A stretch of DNA of 64,000 nucleotides, from NCBI GenBank assembly GCA_021788015.1, contig JAJYLD010000006.1:1744-65743 (forward strand), given 5' to 3'. Under the pieces are notes generated by a model. The model saw only the letters and a program-made list of their open reading frames with translations, made no database searches and was not told the DNA's origin. The DNA is from a bacterium (lineage in GTDB: Bacteria > Patescibacteriota > Patescibacteriia > Patescibacteriales > JAKAJF01). Position 1 is the stretch's first letter. Each line of letters begins with the position of its first letter. Positions 35,540-43,396 of this stretch are shown piece by piece. A program made the translations under genes and the position numbers.

Positions 35540-35722
35540 CTAATTTTTTTCTATTAAATTCATAATTTCATTTTCCAGCTCCGGCCGATCGTAATTGTAA
35601 GACATCTTAACATGCAGAATCGGCAACTGCGCATCTCTGAGCGCTTCATCGACAAAATTGTCTCTTTTTATTCTATCACTATTGAAGTTAAATAATTCCA
35701 TAAAAAAATCACCGCTCTTCAC
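35540..35722 (-). CDS. Short ORF resembling the C-terminal end of DUF2726-type proteins (possible remnant)
   Basis: RIKRDNFVDEALRDAQLPILHVK resembles the RD.FVD..L..AG.P..R motif. Only 53-60 aa. Confidence 0.3.
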   Translation of the reverse strand: MKSGDFFMELFNFNSDRIKRDNFVDEALRDAQLPILHVKMSYNYDRPELENEIMNLIEKN

Positions 35723-35754
35723 GGTGATTTTTTTATGTCCTTATATTTTTAATT

Positions 35755-36510
35755 TTATTCATTGTCCGCAATTTGCTTGCCTGCTTTTTCCGTATTAAGT
35801 CGATAATAATTGATACCGACATCCGAAATCCAGCTCTGCACGTCCGCCGCCGGAAAACCGTCGCAAGTATAACCGCATTTCCAGACAACCATCTCGGACG
35901 GAGTTTTAACGCCCTGATCGACGAGCGACTGAATTCTGTCGCCGACGACTTTTACCGCCTGGCTCGGCGAAGCGAAGCAGGAATAGCCGCTTAAGGTCGG
36001 ATTTTCTTGGCCGCGGTAACCCCAATAATTATAACAGTCGGTTCCGTCCGCTTCTTTAGGCGAGTAGACGCCAAACTTGCTTTCCTTCATGGCGATGGCG
36101 ACGATATACGCGGCGACGGTCCGGTTCCGTTTCGAAATGTCGTCCGCCATTTTTTCCATCGGCGTGCCGGCGACGATCGCAAGCACTTCCCTTTTCAATT
36201 CCGCTTGCTTCAGTTCGGCCGGAGTCGGGGCGGGGGCTTTTTTTACCGGCGCCGTAACCGAAGCGGAAAGGACGGCCGGAGCGGTTTCCCGCTCGGACAA
36301 GGCGGAAGGTATGACGGTTTTGCCGGAAAACGGAAAGAAGTTGAACAGGGTCAAACCGGTCAGAAGGAAGGCGAAAACAGGGCTTCTCCGAGGAGGAACG
36401 GCCTCTTTTTCAGCCTGTATTACTTCTTTTTTATGTAATTTTCGTCTTTTTTTTAATTTCTTTTTCTTTACTTCTCTTTTGTGTTCGCTTTTTGTAAGTC
36501 GTTTGTTCAT
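35755..36510 (-). CDS. Membrane-anchored secreted protein, possibly lysozyme/transglycosylase-like
   Basis: The start MNKRLTKSE at 36510 is more plausible than 36606. Basic N-terminus plus TM helix. AIAMKESKFG resembles an SLT-type E-S catalytic motif. G+C-rich. Confidence 0.4.
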   Translation of the reverse strand: MNKRLTKSEHKREVKKKKLKKRRKLHKKEVIQAEKEAVPPRRSPVFAFLLTGLTLFNFFPFSGKTVIPSALSERETAPAVLSASVTAPVKKAPAPTPAELKQAELKREVLAIVAGTPMEKMADDISKRNRTVAAYIVAIAMKESKFGVYSPKEADGTDCYNYWGYRGQENPTLSGYSCFASPSQAVKVVGDRIQSLVDQGVKTPSEMVVWKCGYTCDGFPAADVQSWISDVGINYYRLNTEKAGKQIADNE

Positions 36511-36607
36511 AGAAAAGCTAAGATTAGGAAAAATTAAAAGAGAATAGCTTTGCGCTATCCTCCTAAATACCAGAGATATCTTAGCAGGCCCGGAGAAAAA
36601 AGGCAAG

Positions 36608-36715
36608 TCTCACGTATCGCACATCCCCTATCTCGTATCGCCTATACTGCAATAATTTTATAATAACAATAAAACCGATACGCGATATGAGATGTGAGAT
36701 ATGAGTTTTTCCATT
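36608..36715. repeat. Inverted arrays of 7-bp units (nTATCnC) flanking an AT-rich spacer in a divergent promoter region
   Basis: Left array: TCTCAC GTATCGC ACATCCC CTATCTC GTATCGC CTATACT. Right array: CCGATAC GCGATAT GAGATGT GAGATAT GAG, its imperfect reverse complement. Confidence 0.6.
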
Positions 36716-36776
36716 GAAAAAAATGCTGATATTTAGTATGATAAAAAATGTGTTAAATGAATAAATTTATATAATT

Positions 36777-38489
36777 ATGCTCAAGAAAATTCACGAAAAA
36801 GTAACAGGTTCGTACAAATGGACCGCTTTGTCCAATACCACCCTCGGTGTCTTCATGGCCTCGCTCGACGCTTCCATCGTCATCATCAGCTTGCCCGCTA
36901 TCTTCCGCGGTATCAATCTTAACCCCCTCGAACCTTCGAATATCGGCTATCTTTTATGGATGCTCATGGGCTATATGGTCTGCACCGCCGTCTTGGTCGT
37001 CGCTTTCGGCCGCTTGGGCGACATGTTCGGTCGGGTAAAAATGTACAATGCCGGCTTTTTAATTTTCACCATCGCCTCGATCGCCCTTAGTTTGACTCCG
37101 GGCACGGGCGGTTCGGCGGCCATGTTCATGATCGTTATGCGCATGGTCCAGGGTATCGGCGGCGCCTTTTTGATGGCCAATTCGACCGCCATCCTGACCG
37201 ACGCATTTCCGGCCGAGCAGCGCGGTCTGGCCATGGGCATCAACATGATCGCCGTTATTGCCGGCCAATTCATCGGCCTTGTTGTCGGCGGTCTCTTGGC
37301 TGACATCCATTGGCGCCTGGTTTTCTGGATCAGTGTCCCCTTCGGTTTGTTCGGCACGATTTGGGCGTATATGAAACTGAAAGAAACGGGCGTCCGCGAC
37401 CGACGCGAGCATGACTGGTGGGGCAACCTCACTTTCGCTTTGGGTTTGATCGCCATTCTCGTCGGCATCACTTACGGCATCCAACCGTACAAAAACCATG
37501 TCATGGGCTGGACCAATCCGAACGTTCTCGCCGAATTGATTGGCGGGATCTTGCTTATGGTTGGCTTCGTCATTGTCGAAAACCGCGTCTCCGCGCCCAT
37601 GTTCAATTTAAAATTGTTCAAAATCCGCGCCTTTACCGCCGGCAATGTCGCCGCTCTGCTTTCTTCCATCGGCCGCGGCGGCTTGCAATTCATGCTCATT
37701 ATCTGGCTTCAGGGCATCTGGCTCCCCTTGCACGGCTATTCTTTTGAAAGCACGCCCCTTTGGGCGGGAATTTACATGTTGCCGCTCACTTTCGGATTTT
37801 TAATCGCCGGTCCGCTTTCGGGCCATTTATCCGATCGCCACGGCGCCAAATATTTTTCGACCGGCGGCATGCTTTTGGGCGCTCTGGCCTTCTTGTTTTT
37901 AATGTACCTTCCCGCCAATTTCAATTATCTCGTTTTTTCTTTCTTTCTTTTCGTCATGGGCATCGGCTCGGGTTTGTTCGCCGCGCCGAACACCACGGCC
38001 ATTATGAATTCCGTACCGGCCAAAGAACGCGGCCAGGCTTCGGGCATGCGCGCCACGTTTATGAATTCGGGGCAGGTTTTGTCCATCGGCTTGTTTTTCA
38101 GCTTAATGATTCTGGGGCTAGCCAACACTCTTCCCCGGTCCATGTCCGCCAATCTTACCCGGGAAGGCGTTCAACCCGCTTTGGCCGAACAAATCGCTTC
38201 CATGCCGCCGGTCGCGAGTTTGTTCGCCGCCTTTTTGGGTTACAATCCCATGCGGCAACTTTTGCCCGAGTCCGCTCTCGCCGCGCTACCGGCGCAAAAC
38301 GCCGCGACGATAACGGGAAAAGAATTTTTCCCCGAACTGATTTCGTCGCCGTTCATGCACGGTCTGCGCATCGCCTTCACCTTGTCGCTTATCGCCTACC
38401 TCATCGCCGCTTTCGCTTCCTGGCTGCGGGGAGAAAAATATATTCATGAAGAAAAATACGTTCGCGAGCGAGAACGGGAAAATTCTTAA
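36777..38489 (+). CDS. MFS transporter, 14-TMS DHA2/EmrB-like
   Basis: 570 aa. MFS motif A-like GRLGDMFGR and about 14 hydrophobic segments. Strongly G+C-rich with many antisense shadow ORFs. Confidence 0.85.
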   Translation: MLKKIHEKVTGSYKWTALSNTTLGVFMASLDASIVIISLPAIFRGINLNPLEPSNIGYLLWMLMGYMVCTAVLVVAFGRLGDMFGRVKMYNAGFLIFTIASIALSLTPGTGGSAAMFMIVMRMVQGIGGAFLMANSTAILTDAFPAEQRGLAMGINMIAVIAGQFIGLVVGGLLADIHWRLVFWISVPFGLFGTIWAYMKLKETGVRDRREHDWWGNLTFALGLIAILVGITYGIQPYKNHVMGWTNPNVLAELIGGILLMVGFVIVENRVSAPMFNLKLFKIRAFTAGNVAALLSSIGRGGLQFMLIIWLQGIWLPLHGYSFESTPLWAGIYMLPLTFGFLIAGPLSGHLSDRHGAKYFSTGGMLLGALAFLFLMYLPANFNYLVFSFFLFVMGIGSGLFAAPNTTAIMNSVPAKERGQASGMRATFMNSGQVLSIGLFFSLMILGLANTLPRSMSANLTREGVQPALAEQIASMPPVASLFAAFLGYNPMRQLLPESALAALPAQNAATITGKEFFPELISSPFMHGLRIAFTLSLIAYLIAAFASWLRGEKYIHEEKYVRERERENS

Positions 38490-38703
38490 AAGATTTACGG
38501 ATCGGATTGGCGATTTCCGTTTATTTCCCGATGAATTTTGAGATAAAATTTTATATTTCGCATTCAAAACGCCGAAGGTCTTGAGGACCGAACCATCCGC
38601 TTTTTATTTGACAAAAAGAAAAAACTTGGTAAATTAGAATTAATTTCGATCTTTTGAGAATAAAGAAAAATTGAAAATAAAATTCAAGAAAGGATAAAAA
38701 AAC

Positions 38704-39633
38704 ATGGAGGCGGTCAAGAAGACGGATCTGGGAATGAGGGAAGAGCGGTTTTTGCTCCGCCTCTATTTTAAAGAGGCGAGGCATGACGTGATGAACAGGC
38801 GCGAGGAAAGCGAACTCGCGAGGATGATGCGTCAAGCGAGCGGAAAAAAACGCGAAGAACTCAGAAACCGCTTCATCGGACAGAATCTCCGCTTGGTGGT
38901 CGATATTGCCAAACGATATCAAGAAAGAGGTTTGCCATTGCCCGATTTGATTCAAGAAGGCAACATCGGGTTGATAAAGGCGGTGGTCTCATTCGAGTAC
39001 GAACGGGGGAACAGATTTTCCACCCACGCTGAGTGGTGGATACGGCATGATATTTCCCGGGCTCTGGCCGACAAAGGCAGAACAATCACTATGCCCGTGC
39101 ATTGGGAAGAGCTTTATTACCGTTATCGCAAAATGGCGGAAGAGCTTGAGTTCGAGCTCGGAAGAAAGCCGGGATTTGATGAAATCGCGGAAAGGATGCG
39201 GGGAATAAAAATAAAAGGAAACAAAAATATTCCCGCAAGACTAAAAGAAATTCTTTCCCTTGTTGAGGTAGGCTCCTTGCAGCACCCTTTGCCTGACAAG
39301 GAAGAAGGAGAAAAAAAATCGGATACGGTTGAAGATCGCATAGTGGCCCCTTACGAAACCGCTCCCGACTCGAATCTTGAAAAAAGGGAGCTCGCAGCCA
39401 AAATGGACGAACTTTTATCTTATTTAAACAAGAATGAAAAGAGAGTAATATACTTACTATTCGGTTTTGACGGCGAAGAGGAGCGGAGCCAGGAGGAAGT
39501 CGGAAAGGCACTGGGTAAAAAACAGCAGAGCGTGGCACAGTTCAAGAAAAACGCTCTGAAAAAAATGAGAAAAAAACTGGAAGAAAACCCAAGCCTTAAA
39601 GAGTCGTTGATGTTATATTACGAAGCTTCTTAA
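38704..39633 (+). CDS. Sigma-70 family RNA polymerase sigma factor (divergent region 2.3-2.4)
   Basis: 309 aa. [45 protein letters not shown], and a region 4 HTH ([28 protein letters not shown]). Confidence 0.85.
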   Translation: MEAVKKTDLGMREERFLLRLYFKEARHDVMNRREESELARMMRQASGKKREELRNRFIGQNLRLVVDIAKRYQERGLPLPDLIQEGNIGLIKAVVSFEYERGNRFSTHAEWWIRHDISRALADKGRTITMPVHWEELYYRYRKMAEELEFELGRKPGFDEIAERMRGIKIKGNKNIPARLKEILSLVEVGSLQHPLPDKEEGEKKSDTVEDRIVAPYETAPDSNLEKRELAAKMDELLSYLNKNEKRVIYLLFGFDGEEERSQEEVGKALGKKQQSVAQFKKNALKKMRKKLEENPSLKESLMLYYEAS

Positions 39634-39690
39634 CGGAAGCTTTTTTATTTTTCAAATTTCTGCTATAATTTAAAAAATTAAATTCAAATT

Positions 39691-40275
39691 ATGTTTTATC
39701 TTATGGGACTCACCGGACAATTTATCATTATTTGCTGGATTACTTTTATCGTTTACTGGGTCGCGAATTCTTTTTCAAACAAACGCACGGCTTTAAAATC
39801 CGGATGGGAAAATTGGAATTGGCGTTTGCCGATATTTATAGCCATATTCCTATTGATAGTTTTCAGTCGCGGCGGTTCTGGAAAATATTTGGGTAGCACT
39901 CTCTGGCATAAAACGCTTGCTGTCGGACTCCTCGCCGATCTCATCACTCTCTCCGGCATTACTCTCGCGTTTTGGGCGCGAAAAATTATCGCCGGAAACT
40001 GGAGTTCCAATATCGTTATCAAAGAAAATCATGAGCTTGTCCAAAACGGACCTTACGCTTATATCCGCCATCCTATTTATAGCGGCATGTTTTTGATGAT
40101 GCTTGGCGCCGCCATCATTTCCGGCCGTTTGGGCGCGTTTTTAATTTTCATCATCTTTTTCTCCAGTCTCTGGTTTAAGGCGAGTCAGGAAGAAAAACTC
40201 CTGATCCGACATTTCCCCGATTCTTATCCGCAATACAAGGCGAAAACTAAAAAATTTATTCCTTTTATTTTTTAG
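39691..40275 (+). CDS. Isoprenylcysteine carboxyl methyltransferase (ICMT/PEMT) family membrane protein
   Basis: 194 aa. GPYAYIRHPIYSGMFLMMLG motif and multiple TM helices. Confidence 0.75.
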   Translation: MFYLMGLTGQFIIICWITFIVYWVANSFSNKRTALKSGWENWNWRLPIFIAIFLLIVFSRGGSGKYLGSTLWHKTLAVGLLADLITLSGITLAFWARKIIAGNWSSNIVIKENHELVQNGPYAYIRHPIYSGMFLMMLGAAIISGRLGAFLIFIIFFSSLWFKASQEEKLLIRHFPDSYPQYKAKTKKFIPFIF

Positions 40276-40277
40276 AC

Positions 40278-40700
40278 ATGAACCCAAACAAAACGGACAA
40301 GAAAAATTACGATGAACTCTCTTACTATACACTTGCTCATCCCGATCCGAAATTCATTCATCAGCATATTGTCGACGCCTACGCGGCGCAACATGCCGAC
40401 GAGAACACAAAACCGATTACGCTCGCCTTCGCTCTCGTCGGCCTTTATTTGTATCTCGAAAAAAATTACACGGGCAAGGAAACGCAAAAGGCGCACATGC
40501 TGCTCGCCCGCAAGCGCAAAGATTGGCCGCGGTTCAAACGGCCGCAGGGGCGGGGCACGTTCACCGTTGCCGACGTTTTAAAATTTCCGCCCGGACCCGC
40601 GCGCGACGAAGCCATCCGCAACTGGTGCGCTTCCGTTTGGGGGGCGTATGAGAAGGTTCATGAAGAAGTTAAAGAGTCGATGCAGACAGAATTAAAATAA
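40278..40700 (+). CDS. Conserved hypothetical protein (DUF5946-like, tentative)
   Basis: 140 aa. FIHQHIVDAYAAQHA motif recalled from DUF5946-type proteins. Starts 3 nt after the ICMT stop. Confidence 0.4.
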   Translation: MNPNKTDKKNYDELSYYTLAHPDPKFIHQHIVDAYAAQHADENTKPITLAFALVGLYLYLEKNYTGKETQKAHMLLARKRKDWPRFKRPQGRGTFTVADVLKFPPGPARDEAIRNWCASVWGAYEKVHEEVKESMQTELK

Positions 40701-40711
40701 GACTGATCGTG

Positions 40712-40853
40712 TTCAAAACACAAGGGGGTTCGGGGGCGGAATTGAGCGCCAAGGCGAGCACATTAAATTATAATCAATGTGATAGCGAATTGGAGTCCCC
40801 GAAACTTCTTTGGTTACTTTCTTGGTTACAAGAAAGTAACTCCTAGCGAAGCG
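40712..40853 (+). repeat. Family-1 repeat, copy D (near-consensus)
   Basis: TTCAAAACACAAGGGGGTTCGGGGGCGGAATTGAG, CGCC-AA-GGCG, ATCAATGTGATAGCGAATTGGAGTCCCCGAAACTT, GGTTACTTTCTTGG-TTA-CAAGAAAGTAAC, TCCTAGCGAAGCG. Confidence 0.8.
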
Positions 40854-40930
40854 TTTATTACTCTTTGTTTTGTGCATTTAACCGCAAAAAGCGGTTTTTT
40901 ATAAAAACTGAAACGTGTTATACTAGAAAT

Positions 40931-41371
40931 ATGATCCTCGCCCATCTCATCGTCGGCGCCATGCCCGTCGAAAATCATCATCTTTATCCCTATTGGTTCA
41001 TCGGCTCGATAATCCCCGATATCGATCATGTTTTTATTTTATTAAAACATCGTCTTCTCACCCCGAAAAAAATCATTAACAGCATGCGCTTCGAAGCGAA
41101 ATATCATGTTCATTACCGGACAAAATATTTTCATTCCCTCTTCGGCGCGATTGTCATGAGTTTGCCCGTTTTGCTTTTTAGCGCGAAAGGCGCCTTGTTT
41201 TTTTTCATCGCCTATTTAATCCATCTCCTTCTTGACTGGCCGGATATCGATGAAAAATATTATTTATGGCCTTTCAATATTAAATTCAAAGGCTTTCTGC
41301 CGATTTTTTCCAATTTTGAAAAAGTCTTCACGGTTTTCCTGGCCGTGCTTTATTATTTCTTAACCAAATAA
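40931..41371 (+). CDS. Membrane-bound metal-dependent hydrolase-like protein (DUF457/YdjM family)
   Basis: MILAHLIVG..IIPDIDH..HR..THS pattern. The ATG at 40931 is preferred over the ORF-track start at 40865, which lies in the repeat. Confidence 0.55.
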   Translation: MILAHLIVGAMPVENHHLYPYWFIGSIIPDIDHVFILLKHRLLTPKKIINSMRFEAKYHVHYRTKYFHSLFGAIVMSLPVLLFSAKGALFFFIAYLIHLLLDWPDIDEKYYLWPFNIKFKGFLPIFSNFEKVFTVFLAVLYYFLTK

Positions 41372-41372
41372 T

Positions 41373-41906
41373 ATGGAATATTTAGACGTTCTCGACGAAA
41401 ACGGCGATTCGACTGGCGAATCAAAGTCAAGAGATGAGGTGCATAAAAAAGGCATTTGGCACCGCACTGTCCATGTCTGGATCTTAAATTCCAGAAACGA
41501 ATTGCTTTTGCAAAAAAGGGCATCTCGCGTAATATCCTGGCCCGACATGTGGGACATCTCCGTTGCCGGTCACATCGTATCCGGAGACAATTCATTTTAC
41601 ACGGTTCTAAAAGAAACCGAAGAAGAAATTGGATTGAAATTGGGGAAAAATGATTTTCAATTTCTTTTTACTGTAAAAAACTCAATAACCATAAACAACG
41701 GAACTTATATTAATAATGAATTTAATGATGTTTACCTTATAAAAAAAGACTTGAATATTTCCGATCTGTTTTTTCAGAAGGAAGAAGTTTCAAAAATGGA
41801 ATGGATCCGTTTTAAAGAACTTGAAAGAAGAATAAAAAGCGGAGACAAAACTATCGTCCCCCAACCCGAAGAATACGAAAAATTATTTTCGTACTTAAAG
41901 AAATAG
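41373..41906 (+). CDS. NUDIX hydrolase (IDI/YfcD-like)
   Basis: 177 aa. WHRTVHVWILN..LLLQKRA and a Nudix box variant GHIVSGDNSFYTVLKETEEEIGL. Confidence 0.8.
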   Translation: MEYLDVLDENGDSTGESKSRDEVHKKGIWHRTVHVWILNSRNELLLQKRASRVISWPDMWDISVAGHIVSGDNSFYTVLKETEEEIGLKLGKNDFQFLFTVKNSITINNGTYINNEFNDVYLIKKDLNISDLFFQKEEVSKMEWIRFKELERRIKSGDKTIVPQPEEYEKLFSYLKK

Positions 41907-41918
41907 TAAACTAAATTT

Positions 41919-42210
41919 TTTTAAACACCGTGGGGGCTTGGGGACGGGATTGAGCGCTTTTAATTTAATAAACATTTGTAACCTTTGAAAAATTGCGTTA
42001 AGAATTTTTTCGAAATGCCGTTACAAAATTTCACTGTTTGAGCGACGTTAGGAGCGAGTTTGAAATTTTGTCAGGCATACCGGAAAAATTTAGCAATTTT
42101 TCAGCGGGAGCGACTTTTTATCCCTCTTTTTCTTAGAAAAAGAGGGTGCCGCCCGCGTAGGGCGCCGCGGAGCATTAAATTTTTTCTGGAGCCGGTCCGG
42201 GGCCCGGGAT
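41919..42210 (+). repeat. Family-1 repeat, copy E: 5' core followed by a nested palindromic element and GC-rich hairpins
   Basis: TTTAAACACCGTGGGGGCTTGGGGACGGGATTGAGCG; 119-bp palindromic element at 41986-42104; hairpin CCCTCTTTTTC-TTA-GAAAAAGAGGG at 42122-42146; then GC-rich stems. Confidence 0.6.
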
Positions 42211-42214
42211 AACA

Positions 42215-42553
42215 ATGTTTATGCTTACACCCACTCATGTCGCTTTTGATCTCGTCGTTTATTTCGCCATAATCAAAATCGGCCACATCGCCCCGAGTTC
42301 TCCGGATATCATTCTTCTCCTCGGATCGGACCTTATCGATCTCGATCATTTGTTTTCAAAACCGATTTACGACGCAAAAAGAAATCCGTTCAAAACCCAT
42401 TTTCTTCATAAAAATATAATTCCCGTTTTAATTCTTTCCGTCCTGTTTTTACTTTTCCGCCCCTTGGCCTTTTTAGGCCTGGGGATCATTCTTCATTTTT
42501 TTCTTGATTACATCGACACAAAAAATAAGACTATCGCGAAAGATAGTCTTTAA
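42215..42553 (+). CDS. DUF457-like small membrane protein (paralog of 40931..41371)
   Basis: 112 aa. LTPTHVAFD..DLIDLDH..HF..LDYID pattern. Confidence 0.5.
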   Translation: MFMLTPTHVAFDLVVYFAIIKIGHIAPSSPDIILLLGSDLIDLDHLFSKPIYDAKRNPFKTHFLHKNIIPVLILSVLFLLFRPLAFLGLGIILHFFLDYIDTKNKTIAKDSL

Positions 42554-42555
42554 AA

Positions 42556-42864
42556 TTATGCCGTTTGCAGACCAAGCTGCAGAACTGGAATTGGTTGGTT
42601 TTTAACCGAAACAAGACCCGCCCTTACCGGGTAATCTATCGGAAGGGAATTTAAAAAATTATTACAGGTTTCCCAATAGAATTCCATGGACATGGGTTTG
42701 TGCTGTGGATACAAAGTTTCTATTTCTTTATGGCACTCCACGCAGAGAGGAACGGTCTTATGCGACCCTTTCTGCCCCTTAAAAAATCTCTTCGGGTAAA
42801 TATGATGGCGAGTAAGACGGCCGGGGAGACCGCATCTTTTGCACTCTCCTCTTCTTCTACTCAT
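42556..42864 (-). CDS. Small HNH endonuclease-like protein
   Basis: 102 aa. CKRCG..LTRHHIYPKRF...LCVECHKEIE. Confidence 0.65.
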   Translation of the reverse strand: MSRRRGECKRCGLPGRLTRHHIYPKRFFKGQKGSHKTVPLCVECHKEIETLYPQHKPMSMEFYWETCNNFLNSLPIDYPVRAGLVSVKNQPIPVLQLGLQTA

Positions 42865-42972
42865 ACTCTGCCTCCCGCCTTGGGAGCGTTACGTTTTTTA
42901 CTCCCTGGTCCGTCAGATCTCATTCACTTTCCCCCTTATTTTTGATAAAAATAGAGCGGAATCGTTCCGCTC

Positions 42973-43281
42973 TTATTTCTTTTTGCTATTTTTTGATTTA
43001 TTTTTTTTGGCACTGTATTCTCGGGCAATTTCAACCAATTTCTTAATTCCCTCTCCGATCAGCAATAAATAAGAGGTGCTGTGCTCGACTTTTTCCTTAA
43101 ACGCGCTTATGGCTTCGTCCACTTTTTTGATTCTCTCCCGCATTTCTTTCATGATTTGATAAGCCTGCCTCGCCATCATGATCACATAATACAAAAACCA
43201 AGCGAAAAAAACGGAAATCAGAAGAACGCTGAACGCGATCACAATCAATAAAATATCTTTGGTGGAATGAATTATGTCCAT
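42973..43281 (-). CDS. Single-TM membrane protein with a coiled-coil tail
   Basis: 102-aa ORF with an N-terminal TM helix and a K-rich C-terminus. No domain recognised. Confidence 0.45.
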   Translation of the reverse strand: MDIIHSTKDILLIVIAFSVLLISVFFAWFLYYVIMMARQAYQIMKEMRERIKKVDEAISAFKEKVEHSTSYLLLIGEGIKKLVEIAREYSAKKNKSKNSKKK

Positions 43282-43396
43282 AATATAAGATACTAATATA
43301 CTAATGCATGCTAATTATACAAATGAATACAAATTTTTATTATTAGTATGCATTCGTGTTATTCGTATCCATTTGTATATTGGTATCTTTTATTTT

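Noticed and set aside
36007-38567. Numerous long ORFs on other frames and strands (e.g. 36007..36438, 36077..36547, 36971..37471, 37059..37499, 37418..37747, 37760..38449, 38286..38567)
   Set aside because: They overlap the clear lysozyme-like and MFS genes in a G+C-rich block. Their translations are Arg/Gly/Pro-rich and low-complexity, with no motifs. These are typical antisense shadow ORFs.
40724-40736. GGGGTTTGGGGG-type block resembling ciliate telomeric repeats or G-quadruplex DNA
   Set aside because: There are only two G-runs per copy. The block is complementary to a downstream C-rich segment, so a duplex stem explains it better. This is a bacterial context.
43282-43396. AT-rich intergenic region with scattered inverted repeats (AGATACTAATATA / TATATTGGTATCT; TACAAATGAATAC / GTATCCATTTGTA)
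   Set aside because: The arm pairs are not co-linear for a single hairpin, and the sequence is very low-complexity. This cannot be distinguished from chance by eye.
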